From: a phage
Sequence record: PQ400055.1
Length of the DNA stretch: 64,000 nucleotides
Strand: one strand, 5' to 3'
Made by a program: the position numbers and the translations under genes. The notes under the pieces are model-generated. The model saw only the letters and a program-made list of their open reading frames with translations. It was not told where the DNA came from and did not search any database. How positions within the stretch are numbered: the first letter of the stretch is position 1; every line of letters begins with the position of its first letter. Positions 37,854 through 48,316 of this stretch are shown piece by piece.

Positions 37854-38216
37854 TTATCGCCCGATCTGATATTTCTCGATCAGCGTCCACTCTTCTTTCT
37901 GTTTGAAAGACAATACACGGAAATTATTAACTTCGGTAGTTTCAAAATCACTATCAATCAGGGTACACAGATTCCACTGCGCCAGAAGTTTTGCAATGTT
38001 ATTACGGCGTAATTCATCTTCCCACGTCATTTTAACACTACGACCATCTAATTTCAACAACTCCTTGAAATGAACGATGTAATAGCGCCCTTTCTTCTGG
38101 AGAATATGACAAGACTGATACAGTGTCTTGTCTCGATTGTTGGCAATGCCGCAGCGGGTTAAAGTTTCCTTAATTTTAAGGAAGTTTTCAGGACTAATCA
38201 AATTAATTTCAATCAT
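37854..38216 (-). CDS. regA: RegA translational repressor
   Basis: 120 aa; MIEINLISPENFLKIKETLTRCGIANNRDKTLYQSCHILQKKGRYYIVHFKE nearly identical to T4 RegA. Confidence 0.95.
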   Translation of the reverse strand: MIEINLISPENFLKIKETLTRCGIANNRDKTLYQSCHILQKKGRYYIVHFKELLKLDGRSVKMTWEDELRRNNIAKLLAQWNLCTLIDSDFETTEVNNFRVLSFKQKEEWTLIEKYQIGR

Positions 38217-38217
38217 T

Positions 38218-38796
38218 TTACCACCTTTCTATAATCTTTTTAAGTCGTTTCCTTTCTGTCTGATTCTTAGTAACACCCGCCAAAAGTTCATCGGTCGCAT
38301 ACGGTTTAATGTGCTTCAATAACTTGTCCATATATCCCTTTTCATTAGCCAAATCGAGATAAAACCGGGCGTCATCCATATTTACACAATATGCTTTCGC
38401 CACTGCCATTAAAACCAATTTTTGGTCCAATTCTTCTGTTAGTTTAGCCCATTTACCGTATCGTTTCCCCTTAGAAATACTCTGTAAGAGATAATCAAAA
38501 TGCATTTGATCTGGGAGGCCATGACCGATTAAATTCATCACATACGCGCTATATAGGCAATCTGCGTGCTGGGAAAGAGCGGTGTTAATCCATCTCTGGT
38601 TATATGCAGAATTGTTTCCCACATTAACGCGCTGTTTATCTAAGGTGATATGATCCATCAGAGCAAATAATGCATTGTCGGTTTTCTCGGTGAATGTGTC
38701 CGCTAATTCAGACACCTTTTCCCAATCACGAGAGCGCCATGCAATTTCATGCTCGTTTAATTGTGTATCATCTTCACCGAAAAATTGACCTAACAT
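38218..38796 (-). CDS. 62: clamp loader small subunit (gp62)
   Basis: 192 aa (T4 187 aa); position between regA and 44. Confidence 0.75.
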   Translation of the reverse strand: MLGQFFGEDDTQLNEHEIAWRSRDWEKVSELADTFTEKTDNALFALMDHITLDKQRVNVGNNSAYNQRWINTALSQHADCLYSAYVMNLIGHGLPDQMHFDYLLQSISKGKRYGKWAKLTEELDQKLVLMAVAKAYCVNMDDARFYLDLANEKGYMDKLLKHIKPYATDELLAGVTKNQTERKRLKKIIERW

Positions 38797-39785
38797 TATA
38801 CGAACTCCAATTCAACCATTAATTGCATTAACAAAAAGACAATGTGAATCTCTTTATCAGCCGCGTGCGCAAACATCTGATTATTTTCACCAATAATCTC
38901 GGTCAGACGAATAATAGACGCTGGCTTAACTTGAGTATACAACTCATTATAAAGTTTCTTGACAAATTGAGCGTATGTATTGGTATAGCGTGGCGCGAGT
39001 TTACGCACATTAGCAAACTGTTTAGTTTTAAGTGCTTCCACCACATCGGTTACTTCGGTATTGCTACTTTCGATAACCATGCTCAATACGCCAGCATCAA
39101 TTTTACCATGTTTAGCGTAGCGGTCCAAAAGTTTCATTACGCGTCGGAAGTCTGGGAAGTTCTGCTTAACCAATTCCGCTAATACGCGCATTTCTTCTAC
39201 TGGTACACCTTCTTTATCAAGAATTGCTTTACACCGGACGATCATTTCTTTCATCATGCGAAGCTGATCATCTTTAGTCGGAGATCCAAACGTGATGGGG
39301 TCAAAACGAGATCGTAACGCTGGGATAATACCTTCTAGATCGTTTGCTGTGATAATGAATGTTACATTGTTTGAGTATGCCTCAGAGAAACTACGCAAGT
39401 GTCTTTGAGCATCAGCTAGCCCCGCTCGGTCATACTCATCGATAATAACAACTTTGCCTTTTTCTCGTTTTTCTTCATCGAGTGATACACTCTGCGCAAA
39501 GCGTGTAATCTCATCTCGGATAAAATCAATCTTACAATCTGCGCCGTTAACAAACAGATAATCAACACCCACATCTTCGCAAAGCGCCTTAGCAACGGTT
39601 GTTTTACCAGTACCCGGCGATGGGCTATGCAGAATCATTGAAGGGATTCGGCCTTGCTTAACAATCTGCGCGAAGATCTTTTTATCTGCTTCCGGCAGAA
39701 TACATTCAGAAATTGATTTCGGACGGTATTTCTGTTCCCACTGAAACTCATTTTCATTAACACTCAGCATATAATCACCTCTCAC
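38796..39785 (-). CDS. 44: clamp loader large subunit (gp44, AAA+)
   Basis: 329 aa; Walker A SPSPGTGKTT, Walker B IIDEYD; regA-62-44-45 order. Confidence 0.88.
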   Translation of the reverse strand: MRGDYMLSVNENEFQWEQKYRPKSISECILPEADKKIFAQIVKQGRIPSMILHSPSPGTGKTTVAKALCEDVGVDYLFVNGADCKIDFIRDEITRFAQSVSLDEEKREKGKVVIIDEYDRAGLADAQRHLRSFSEAYSNNVTFIITANDLEGIIPALRSRFDPITFGSPTKDDQLRMMKEMIVRCKAILDKEGVPVEEMRVLAELVKQNFPDFRRVMKLLDRYAKHGKIDAGVLSMVIESSNTEVTDVVEALKTKQFANVRKLAPRYTNTYAQFVKKLYNELYTQVKPASIIRLTEIIGENNQMFAHAADKEIHIVFLLMQLMVELEFV

Positions 39786-39798
39786 AAATTACATCATT

Positions 39799-39824
39799 AA
39801 AACGGGGAGTATTTTATACTCCCC
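39799..39824 (-). terminator. stem-loop with T-tract between genes 45 and 44
   Basis: Minus-strand ggggagtat-aaa-atactcccc followed by gtttt; just downstream of a -10 element. Confidence 0.55.
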
Positions 39825-39830
39825 ACAAAC

Positions 39831-39859
39831 ATTATATTAGTCGGTGTAGCTGGAGTCAA
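39831..39859 (-). promoter_or_regulatory. sigma70-type promoter at the 3' end of gene 45
   Basis: Minus strand TTGACT-17-TATAAT; followed by the GGGGAGTAT/ATACTCCCC stem-loop. Confidence 0.45.
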
Positions 39860-40526
39860 GGTCACACGCGATCATATAAGATACGGTTTCACTTGCCAGC
39901 CATACAGCCTTACGGCGAGTGAAGCTCAGTTTGTAATCGCCGAAGTCAGTAGCAACCAGTTTCATGTTATCTTTACGAATAAAGAAATGGAAGTCTGCGG
40001 TTCCGGTATATTCGCCCATATCAAGACAAAACATCTCATTAGGATTATTTTTGTCAATCTCTTCCCAACCTTTGATCATCAGACGACCATCAATCGGAAG
40101 AAATTCAAGGCGGTCCACTTTAAGCTGATTGCTCATTTTCATAAGCTGTTTCAGATCGTCGTTGCTCAGTTCGTAATCTACATCGCTTGCAGGTGGAGTA
40201 ACTCGGCCTTTCGGTGATACGATAGCAGCAGCACTAGCACCAGGATAATTAATTTTCAGACGATCATTAGACACACGAATGTTTCCGGTGCGGTCATCAA
40301 CCGTAATATCTGCTTCATCGCCTACCAGATTCAGAATACCCAGGAAAGAGTTAAGATCATAGATCCCAATTTCGTGTTCCAGTTCTTGATTCAGAGTCGC
40401 TTCACCATATACAACGTTTGTCATGTTTTTGGTGATTAGGACGTTTCCTTTTTTCAGGATGATACCTGGGTTAATAGCGGAAAAGTTTTTCAGGGTAGCA
40501 ATGGTTTCTTTAGTCAGTTTCATCAA
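39837..40526 (-). CDS. 45: sliding clamp (gp45)
   Basis: 229 aa; MMKLTKETIATLKNFSAINPGIILKKGN...IYDLNSFLGILNLVGDEADI matches T4 gp45. Confidence 0.92.
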   Translation of the reverse strand: MMKLTKETIATLKNFSAINPGIILKKGNVLITKNMTNVVYGEATLNQELEHEIGIYDLNSFLGILNLVGDEADITVDDRTGNIRVSNDRLKINYPGASAAAIVSPKGRVTPPASDVDYELSNDDLKQLMKMSNQLKVDRLEFLPIDGRLMIKGWEEIDKNNPNEMFCLDMGEYTGTADFHFFIRKDNMKLVATDFGDYKLSFTRRKAVWLASETVSYMIACDLDSSYTD

Positions 40527-40553
40527 ATCACCTTTATCATGTTAATCAATTAA

Positions 40554-40952
40554 TTACGGGTTTACTTCGTGCTCATTTTGAATCTTTAGCATTCTTTCGA
40601 TAAATTTTTTCTCGGCTTCCTTGTCGGATGAGTGAGTATACTTCAATCCAATGTAAGCTGTCAAGTATTGTTGCAGAGCATAGACAGTAACAGGATTCTT
40701 TGCGGTCTTTTTGCCGTCGAGATATACCAGATCACCACGAACATCAAACGCAAGTTTACGACGAATCACATCATCAACAAATTTATCTAGAACAAAATAC
40801 CACTCAATACACTCTATCCCGTGACGGTAGTTCATTACATCATTATCTTTGATATAGTCAAACGGAATATGACATAATTTACTATTTTGTAGGATGAATA
40901 GCATTTGTTCTTTTAAGCTCATACGTTTCATTCTATCACTTCCCATCAGCAA
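40554..40952 (-). CDS. hypothetical protein at rpbA position
   Basis: 132 aa (T4 RpbA 129 aa); positional inference only. Confidence 0.45.
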   Translation of the reverse strand: MLMGSDRMKRMSLKEQMLFILQNSKLCHIPFDYIKDNDVMNYRHGIECIEWYFVLDKFVDDVIRRKLAFDVRGDLVYLDGKKTAKNPVTVYALQQYLTAYIGLKYTHSSDKEAEKKFIERMLKIQNEHEVNP

Positions 40953-41328
40953 TTGCGATCAGACGAGTTACTACTACGCTAGCGGCTTCAATCAGCAGTT
41001 CATCAGTGTCAATCTGATAACCCTTTTCGAGAATATCTTTACCTCGAATAGTTTTAGCGCCTTTAGCAATTGAATCATCGTAATACTTGCGCATTGCCGC
41101 GATCCATTCTTTTTGCACCATATCATCAATATGCGCGTACAGTTCAAAGCGTGCTTGCTGCGGGATAACCTTCATTTTAGCTTTCTCGCTTTCCGGCATT
41201 TGTAGTACCCACGCTTTACGGATCTTGTTCATTGCTCGGTCAAATTCGAGACTGGTTTTCTTGTTCTGAATGTCTGCTACAGTAATTTTAGCCAGGTTTG
41301 CGGAAGTAGTCATAATATTAATCTCCAA
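40936..41328 (-). CDS. hypothetical protein
   Basis: 130 aa ORF between 45 and 46. Confidence 0.5.
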   Translation of the reverse strand: MEINIMTTSANLAKITVADIQNKKTSLEFDRAMNKIRKAWVLQMPESEKAKMKVIPQQARFELYAHIDDMVQKEWIAAMRKYYDDSIAKGAKTIRGKDILEKGYQIDTDELLIEAASVVVTRLIAIADGK

Positions 41329-41343
41329 AATAAAATCAGTATA

Positions 41344-41574
41344 TCACGTTCTAAAGTTTGTTGCAACCCCAGCATCAGGGTAATCGAGTTTATCAAAGTT
41401 GGGGACCAGCATAAACTCATGATGACGACAAGACAACATTTTTGTTATGTCTGCATCGCTGTATATGCTGTTTTTCATATCCCCCATACTAACTACATAT
41501 TCTTCACCGGAATATAGATTGATTAAGGTATACAATTCTAACTCCGGCTGCGTTACTCTGTCAAATGTTAACAT
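41344..41574 (-). CDS. hypothetical protein
   Basis: 76 aa ORF; overlaps gp46 start. Confidence 0.4.
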   Translation of the reverse strand: MLTFDRVTQPELELYTLINLYSGEEYVVSMGDMKNSIYSDADITKMLSCRHHEFMLVPNFDKLDYPDAGVATNFRT

Positions 41575-43258
41575 TCATTTCAGTGAATCGCCCACGTTTA
41601 ACCATCTTGAGATGACGGCTAAAATCATCAGGGTTATGGTCACGATGGCTGATAATATACACGTTATCATCTAACTTGTCAATGATGGAATCAAGTGCTT
41701 TTACGCCTTGAACGTCCGTAGCCCCATCATAAATTTCGTCGAGTACCAACAAAGAAATGTTAGTACCAGATACTTTACCAGCAACATCACGCCATGTAAA
41801 GAGCATCGCAAGGTCAATACGTGCTTTTTCGCCTTGACTGAACGATGTATACGAAAACGATTCACGCCCCCGTGATTTGATTGTTTCGTTAAACTCTTCA
41901 TCTAGCGTAAAGATATAATCCGCTTCCATGATATCAAGATAATACGCAATCCGATCATTGAAATATGGAATATATTTCTTGACGATAGACGCCTTAACAC
42001 CGGAATCCTTCAACATTTCTGTTACAAATCCACGGTGATATTTTTCAAGAACTAGCTTTGATTTTTCATTAGTAATCTCTACCAGTTCGTGTTCCAGTTT
42101 AGCAAGTTCTTCGGAATTGTCAACCCTTTCTTTTTGTAATTCCTGAATTGCTTTCTGGATCTGTTTAGCCCGACCTACAGATGCCGTTAAATTCGCTCTC
42201 TGTGACTCTATAGCGCGTTTAATTTCCAAGACCTTAGTTTGTGCTGTCTGGAAAGAATTGGCTTTCTCTGCGTATTCTACGCGTTTCTCGTCAATAAGAG
42301 ACAGTTTATGTTCGGCTTGTGCTTTTTGTTCGCGTACAGCCTGATCATTACCCTGAATGATCGGTTGTGTGCACGTAGGACAGATCCCGCCTTTCTCGTG
42401 CATATGGATAACACGGTCAAAGTTCTGGATCTGCGCACCAATCTGTGCGATAGCAGTATTAATTTTAGCCAATGCTGCGCTAGGATCTTCCGGCATAACA
42501 ACAGCCAATAGCTCATCGGTCAAGCGCGTTTCTTCGGCTTTAAACGCTTTAGCTGATTCTACTTCTTTCTCGTACATATTCTGCAAACGCTGTAGATTCT
42601 CGGCACTCGCCTTGCTAGCGTCTTCTATGTACTTTTTATGAGTGTTGATTTGTTGCTGAACGTGATTAGCTTTCATTTCCTGCATTTGGATATTCTGGGT
42701 AATCTCTCGCACATACGCTTTATTCAGTTTATCCATTTCGCCTAGCGTAGCAATATCAAGCAAATCCTCGACCAGTTTACGGCGACCCGCTGCCGGAAGA
42801 CTCATAAACGGAACATAACCAGCAGTGCCTAAAACAACGATCTGTTTAAAGCTGGCTAGGTTCATGCCTATGATACCTTCAAAATATTCCTGAAAGTCTT
42901 TGGTGCTTGCGCTCTCGTCGATCTTTTGACCGTCGCGATGCACTTCGAATACTTCCGGTTTTTGACCACGTTTGATATAAAACTCTTTCCCGTCCAGTTC
43001 AAACCAGACTTCGACTAACAGTTTCTTTTTGTTGACGCTGTTAATCAATTGGCCTTTCTTGATACTACGAAACGGTTTACCGAACAACACAAAGCAAAGC
43101 GCCTCGATCATTGTTGATTTACCAGCACCGTTAACACCAGTGATTAGTGTCTTTTTGAATCCGTCTAGCTGAATCTCTACAGGTTCAGCACCCACGCTCA
43201 TTATATTTTGATAGCGCAAGGTTTTAAAATTTAACTTTGCCATTAATCCACTCCGCAA
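41561..43258 (-). CDS. 46: recombination endonuclease subunit gp46 (Rad50/SbcC-like)
   Basis: 565 aa (T4 560 aa); Walker A GVNGAGKST, long coiled-coil with CPTC zinc hook, C-terminal LLVLDE. Confidence 0.88.
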   Translation of the reverse strand: MRSGLMAKLNFKTLRYQNIMSVGAEPVEIQLDGFKKTLITGVNGAGKSTMIEALCFVLFGKPFRSIKKGQLINSVNKKKLLVEVWFELDGKEFYIKRGQKPEVFEVHRDGQKIDESASTKDFQEYFEGIIGMNLASFKQIVVLGTAGYVPFMSLPAAGRRKLVEDLLDIATLGEMDKLNKAYVREITQNIQMQEMKANHVQQQINTHKKYIEDASKASAENLQRLQNMYEKEVESAKAFKAEETRLTDELLAVVMPEDPSAALAKINTAIAQIGAQIQNFDRVIHMHEKGGICPTCTQPIIQGNDQAVREQKAQAEHKLSLIDEKRVEYAEKANSFQTAQTKVLEIKRAIESQRANLTASVGRAKQIQKAIQELQKERVDNSEELAKLEHELVEITNEKSKLVLEKYHRGFVTEMLKDSGVKASIVKKYIPYFNDRIAYYLDIMEADYIFTLDEEFNETIKSRGRESFSYTSFSQGEKARIDLAMLFTWRDVAGKVSGTNISLLVLDEIYDGATDVQGVKALDSIIDKLDDNVYIISHRDHNPDDFSRHLKMVKRGRFTEMNVNI

Positions 43259-43487
43259 TCACACATTCCATAATATTAAATGCTAACACATCTTCATCAA
43301 TGTTGTAAACACTTGCCGCCTTCACTTTAACTAATGTGTCTCTGCGATCTGGCAACATGATCACATAATCCAGTGTCGCAGGATCATATGTCATAAAGGG
43401 ATCAACATAAATCCCTTTATTCAATGCCAGATATTCGTGAAGACCTTCTATAACCCTGTGTCTAAGGTAGGTCATCGATAGAATCAT
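43224..43487 (-). CDS. hypothetical protein
   Basis: 87 aa ORF. Confidence 0.45.
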   Translation of the reverse strand: MILSMTYLRHRVIEGLHEYLALNKGIYVDPFMTYDPATLDYVIMLPDRRDTLVKVKAASVYNIDEDVLAFNIMECVIAEWINGKVKF

Positions 43488-44080
43488 TTTAGTTTATGTT
43501 CCTCTAAAAATTCTTCAATTTCACCTTGCAGGTCTTCCGCTTGCTGTTCCAGAATATCGCGAAATTCACCTACAGTCAAGCGGTGATCACATTTCACCAG
43601 TCGATGCGGGAGAATATATCCCTTGTACATTGTCTCTGACGCTTCCAGGAATACACCGCTATGCATGACAGAGATCCAACCTGTTAGCGTCAATGGAGTA
43701 TTCGGAAAATAATACTTGCTGGATTGTATCCACTGGACGAAAGCACCATATACAATCGGATTATATTCACCAACCACACTCTTAATAATTGCTTCTACTT
43801 TGTCTTTTACAAAGTCGCCAATGTCCATAGTTACCATCAAATCCTGTGGATGAATAACTTTAAGGTAACGACGGTAGCCGTCATCATACCACATCTTAAC
43901 CACTGGCTGACCCCACATTTTAGCAATACGCGCTTTCAGATAGCCATAGATTGGATTCTTGTGATATGATTGTTTTATTGTGTATTTGTTCACCAATTCA
44001 ATAAAATGTTCAATTACCAGCGAATCAGAATCAGCCGCGACCATAGTCATATTCATAATATGTTCCTCGTTCAATCTCAT
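43484..44080 (-). CDS. hypothetical protein
   Basis: 198 aa ORF between 46 and 47. Confidence 0.5.
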   Translation of the reverse strand: MRLNEEHIMNMTMVAADSDSLVIEHFIELVNKYTIKQSYHKNPIYGYLKARIAKMWGQPVVKMWYDDGYRRYLKVIHPQDLMVTMDIGDFVKDKVEAIIKSVVGEYNPIVYGAFVQWIQSSKYYFPNTPLTLTGWISVMHSGVFLEASETMYKGYILPHRLVKCDHRLTVGEFRDILEQQAEDLQGEIEEFLEEHKLK

Positions 44081-44348
44081 ATTGTTTCAGGTCTTCTAAA
44101 AGTTCATCCATTGCTTGTTTCAGCACATGACGCAGCGTAAAGTAATAGCTTTCATCAAATTCTATCTCCTCGCGAGGAATAGAACGAATCTTACACTTAA
44201 CGGTAGTGTCAGTGAGTCGCTTTTCTAGCATCATCCGAACTTCTTCATGCTCTTTGGAATACCATACGTCAACGGAGATCCCCTTACGGCGAGCGAACAT
44301 CGGCAACGCTGCATTAAATTCCATTACTTTTTGTGTAAGTGTTTTCAT
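44031..44348 (-). CDS. hypothetical protein
   Basis: 105 aa ORF. Confidence 0.45.
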   Translation of the reverse strand: MKTLTQKVMEFNAALPMFARRKGISVDVWYSKEHEEVRMMLEKRLTDTTVKCKIRSIPREEIEFDESYYFTLRHVLKQAMDELLEDLKQYEIERGTYYEYDYGRG

Positions 44349-44596
44349 CGTACAGACTCCATAGATCCACGCGCAATAACATTCTGGGTAATATCAGCAA
44401 TCTTACGGGATACAATGGTTGCTAGTTCCAGTCTAGTGATATTGTCTCGGTCGAAAGGAATTTCGTCATGTGTCCACATCCCGTAGTTAGAACGGAAGGA
44501 TAGCATATGTTGACCATTCCGAACAACCTCAAAAACTCGGATCTTAGTAAACTTCTCTAAACTTGCGTTAAATTCTTTCAGTGCATCAGTAATCAT
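44345..44596 (-). CDS. hypothetical protein (start at second ATG)
   Basis: RBS ggagg overlaps the first ATG at 44608, so the ATG at 44596 is the likelier start. Confidence 0.45.
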   Translation of the reverse strand: MITDALKEFNASLEKFTKIRVFEVVRNGQHMLSFRSNYGMWTHDEIPFDRDNITRLELATIVSRKIADITQNVIARGSMESVR

Positions 44597-44621
44597 AATA
44601 ACCTCCAATCAATTTTTAATG

Positions 44622-44651
44622 AGTATAACGGGGATTTCTCCCCGCGTCAAC
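44622..44651 (-). promoter_or_regulatory. sigma70-type early promoter cassette with palindromic spacer
   Basis: Minus strand TTGACG-18-TATACT; CGGGGA-gaaa-TCCCCG palindrome in the spacer. Confidence 0.5.
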
Positions 44652-45676
44652 TAACTTTTTGCGCTATTTACTTCTGCTAAAAGTTCATCAGAGATACGCT
44701 TAACTGCCGCAAGTTCTTCCGGTTCTAGGTTTTGTTCTTCCAGATATTCATAGACCATCTGAATAGTGCTTTTAACTTCAATAACACCTGTTTCCTGTGA
44801 TGCGCTACTCTCCAGTTTATGGACCACTTTTAGCTTGTGTACAACGGCCTCTAACGCGCTTTCTAACTTAGTTAACCCATTATCAGCAACCGTTGCAATA
44901 AGACGCACACTAAGCCCCTTAAAGCGTTCTACATCGATTTTATCATCTGACGGGTAAGTGATACGCACATGATAAGTTTTGTCATTCTGGATAAACTCTT
45001 TTTTGTGTGTATCGGTATCGAATACCCAAAACCCACGCGGATCGTTTTCGTCACCCGCCGTTAGTGTGTATGGTGTACCGATATACGTTACATTACCGCC
45101 ATCGCTGATAGTATGAAAATGACCGGAAAACACTTCACGGTATTTCTTGAGGAAGTCCGCGCTATAACCTTCGGATTTTAGCCCTTTATAGAAATAGTAA
45201 CCGGACAATTCCCAATGGCCTACACAATATTCGCTGAATGAGTTTTGAATAAACTCTAAAATCTCTGATTTATTGTCATCACAAAACCACGGGAACAGAT
45301 CAAATGATACACCATCAAAGGTAACTGTTTCCGGTTTATCGATAACCTTAATGCAATCATACTGGCTTAACACTTCACGCGGTGCGTTAGGCTGGATCTT
45401 GTTTCGTTTAAACATATCATGGTTCCCGACCGTGATATAACAAGTAATTCCAGCCTCTTCCAGTAATGGGATGACCTTAGTACGGTTAAATTTCATGGTT
45501 TCATGGGTAATTGCTTTTCGGCAATCAAACCAATCCCCTGTTTGAATCCATGTCTTAATATTATGCTCTTTGGAGTATTCAACCGCCTTCTTGATGGTAT
45601 CAAGAATATACTCATGCACCCACGGATCATCGCCACCGATACCAGTATGCAGATCACCTAAAAGCAAAATTTTCAT
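44651..45676 (-). CDS. 47: recombination endonuclease subunit gp47 (Mre11/SbcD-like)
   Basis: 341 aa (T4 339 aa); calcineurin-like phosphoesterase motifs LGDLH, GNHD, GHFH. Confidence 0.88.
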   Translation of the reverse strand: MKILLLGDLHTGIGGDDPWVHEYILDTIKKAVEYSKEHNIKTWIQTGDWFDCRKAITHETMKFNRTKVIPLLEEAGITCYITVGNHDMFKRNKIQPNAPREVLSQYDCIKVIDKPETVTFDGVSFDLFPWFCDDNKSEILEFIQNSFSEYCVGHWELSGYYFYKGLKSEGYSADFLKKYREVFSGHFHTISDGGNVTYIGTPYTLTAGDENDPRGFWVFDTDTHKKEFIQNDKTYHVRITYPSDDKIDVERFKGLSVRLIATVADNGLTKLESALEAVVHKLKVVHKLESSASQETGVIEVKSTIQMVYEYLEEQNLEPEELAAVKRISDELLAEVNSAKS

Positions 45677-45721
45677 AGTCTCTTCCTCTCTTCGTTTTCG
45701 ATGCTCTCACTATATCACAGA

Positions 45722-45746
45722 AAAATAAAAAGGGAAACCCCTTTCA
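45722..45746 (-). terminator. weak terminator-like hairpin upstream of gene 47
   Basis: Minus-strand aaaggg-gttt-cccttt followed by ttatttttc. Confidence 0.4.
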
Positions 45747-45766
45747 GAGTCTCCCTTATAAAGCCA

Positions 45767-46054
45767 TTACAGCATACTTAATACCGTTTGCCGTGTACTA
45801 ATCCACATAGCAGAAAGCAGTTCTGGCGTGTGTGGCTGTTTGTAGATATCACGTAACTTTCCGATAGCGTAGATATACGCATCACGGTTATCATCGATGA
45901 TAGCTTGTTCAGCCCACCGCTTAAGGCGTGCAATCTCTCGCGAGTTCTTACGCAAGATCTTTTCCGCTTTCTTAGCGGCTTTAGCCTCTAGTTCTGCTTG
46001 TACTTTGTCTACTTCATTCACTGCAATCTGGTCATGCTGTTCATTGCAAGTCAT
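45767..46054 (-). CDS. hypothetical protein
   Basis: 95 aa, predicted helical. Confidence 0.45.
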   Translation of the reverse strand: MTCNEQHDQIAVNEVDKVQAELEAKAAKKAEKILRKNSREIARLKRWAEQAIIDDNRDAYIYAIGKLRDIYKQPHTPELLSAMWISTRQTVLSML

Positions 46055-46055
46055 A

Positions 46056-46289
46056 TTATTTTACCTCTGGGATATAATCAATTATTAAAGAAAATTCATC
46101 TTCTGATACATTATAGCTATGTGAGATTGTACCCGTAAAGACCTCAAGATCCGGTGATTTGATATTGCACGGATCGATAATCACCGGAACGCCGCAATCT
46201 CTCAAAAATAATTTGGCGAAATACGGCACAAGGTCAGTTTCAAACTCTGCTTCTTCCAGCAAACGGGAAATGTTAATTTTCAATCTCAT
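46056..46289 (-). CDS. hypothetical protein
   Basis: 77 aa ORF. Confidence 0.4.
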   Translation of the reverse strand: MRLKINISRLLEEAEFETDLVPYFAKLFLRDCGVPVIIDPCNIKSPDLEVFTGTISHSYNVSEDEFSLIIDYIPEVK

Positions 46290-46806
46290 AAAATTGGTCC
46301 AAGCTAGGCAATTCCTCGGTCAATACATCTTCAACCTTTGGCGCTTTCGGTTTATTGACCGATTCCTCGTAGTTGTTGATTTTATCGTAAATGTCCTGTA
46401 TGAATGCCTCATCAGCAATCTGGCACATATCAGCGTCGCGTTCGTCATATACATGATGCACAAAATATTTGTATTTTGCGGCTGTCGCTGTTCTCTCTTT
46501 TTTAATGCGCTGTACAAAAGCATTAAAGCACGCTTGCGTGATGTAAGCATGAGGATTTTTATACTTTGTCTCGTCAAAATTAATCAAACCCTTGACCGCC
46601 GCTTCGATTCCGTCGTCGATCATTTCTTCGCGCCACGTTTGACTATAACCAGAAAAGTTAAAACGACGTGATAGATTTTTAGAGATTTGCATAATTGCTA
46701 GGCCGATTTGATCGCTCATTGGAACTTGCCGACCTTCTGCTGCAATTTGTTGTTTCCAACGGCAAATTTCTTCGTAAAGCTCTTTATTGTTTACATAATC
46801 AGACAC
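46273..46806 (-). CDS. 55: late-transcription sigma factor gp55
   Basis: YVNNKEL...[58 protein letters not shown] nearly identical to T4 gp55; GTG start with RBS gaggg. Confidence 0.95.
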   Translation of the reverse strand: MSDYVNNKELYEEICRWKQQIAAEGRQVPMSDQIGLAIMQISKNLSRRFNFSGYSQTWREEMIDDGIEAAVKGLINFDETKYKNPHAYITQACFNAFVQRIKKERTATAAKYKYFVHHVYDERDADMCQIADEAFIQDIYDKINNYEESVNKPKAPKVEDVLTEELPSLDQFYEIEN

Positions 46807-46846
46807 TTCGCACCCTCGCTATTATTTAGGAAATAACCCTTTCGGG

Positions 46847-48316
46847 CTATTCCCCATTACCATTATACTTTCTTTGCTTAGTTATCCACACTCTAACCAT
46901 CTCTACAGATTCGCCGTCAGACGGATCAAGAGTTTTTCCTTTTTTCTTCATGCGGTACTTAAATCCGTTAAATCTTGCATTCTCTTGCTCGTTAAAGTCG
47001 AACATCTTTTTAAATGATTTTCGCCCTTTACGTTCACCACATTCTAGCGGAATCATTCGATCTGTTATTACATTGGCATTAGGCAGAAACGTTTTTAGAT
47101 AATCCACCAACGCCCAATCAGGAACATATAGATTAACATTCTCCTTGCTCTCGTTGTCTCTCAGGTTACAACGCAAACATAATTGAAATGCTGGTTCCAG
47201 ATAATCAGACACATGACGCGCTTTCAAAAACTCGTTTGTCGGGAGATCACAACTATTAGCAAGACCTTTTAAAATATCAATCTCCCATCGTTGAGGGTTA
47301 AAGCTGAACATCACAGCAACATTTTTATGATGAATGTAAGAGTTAAGACCATAAGACCCGTAAGGTATCCGCTCACCAATACCATTTGTACACGCTTCAC
47401 GGTCCCGATTCACGGTATAAATGAAGTCATCGCCACATTCATTTTTAACCATATCAACAAGACGTTCAAAGGTATTGTTTGTTTCTGACTGGTGACGCGA
47501 CCATCGTTCAGAGTCCGTCATAAGGATGATATTAACTCTATCTGTATTTTTATACTCTTTGAAATATAGTCTGGATTCTAGCGCACTCGGAACAAAATCG
47601 CAATTTGCATAGTATCGTAGATACTTCCCACTATATGTATCAAAGAGATTTGCACATGCTATCGTAACCTTTTTAAAGTCTCCCCACGTACCGTGTTTGT
47701 TATCGTTCAAGAAAACAATTTTCGACCCATTCTTCCGGTGTCCTTCGTTATGTTTTACCATAACGTTGATTTTCTTCTCTAATAACGCCTCATAAAGCCC
47801 TCTAAGAGAAGAATCGATCATATCAGTACCATCCTTCGCACTTTCTATCTTTTCTTTGATAGCGGCCTTCTCAGAGTCTTTTAGAACTAAGTTCTGTAGG
47901 CATTCCGATTCGTCGGCGATTGGTTCGCAATGCTTCGTGATAAGTTCAAGATTAGACTTAAACGGATACTCATTAAATTCAACCAGTTGAGGAACTTCAT
48001 CAATGTAAAGAGCATAATCACCAAACATTTTTGAACGTTCCATATTAGATAACGCTGTATGTGTAATGAATATCACATCAGCACCATCTTTAACTGATTG
48101 CATTATCGACGCTTGCACTGTCTTAAGGCTTCTTAGTCTTGTGCTATCAATCAAGACAGCACGACCGCCCATTCTTTTAAACTTATTGTAAGATTGTTCA
48201 CTTAAAACACGAGATGGCGAAGCAATAACCGCTTTTTCTTTTGTCTCTAGGACGTGGGAAAGTATAGCATCAGTTTTCCCCGCCGCTGGCAATGCGATTA
48301 ATGTTTCAATCTTCAT
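46847..48316 (-). CDS. P-loop NTPase, possible helicase-like N-domain, function unknown
   Basis: 489 aa; Walker A-like LPAAGKTDA and DEAD-like YIDEVP; C-terminal ~300 aa without recognisable motifs. Confidence 0.55.
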   Translation of the reverse strand: MKIETLIALPAAGKTDAILSHVLETKEKAVIASPSRVLSEQSYNKFKRMGGRAVLIDSTRLRSLKTVQASIMQSVKDGADVIFITHTALSNMERSKMFGDYALYIDEVPQLVEFNEYPFKSNLELITKHCEPIADESECLQNLVLKDSEKAAIKEKIESAKDGTDMIDSSLRGLYEALLEKKINVMVKHNEGHRKNGSKIVFLNDNKHGTWGDFKKVTIACANLFDTYSGKYLRYYANCDFVPSALESRLYFKEYKNTDRVNIILMTDSERWSRHQSETNNTFERLVDMVKNECGDDFIYTVNRDREACTNGIGERIPYGSYGLNSYIHHKNVAVMFSFNPQRWEIDILKGLANSCDLPTNEFLKARHVSDYLEPAFQLCLRCNLRDNESKENVNLYVPDWALVDYLKTFLPNANVITDRMIPLECGERKGRKSFKKMFDFNEQENARFNGFKYRMKKKGKTLDPSDGESVEMVRVWITKQRKYNGNGE

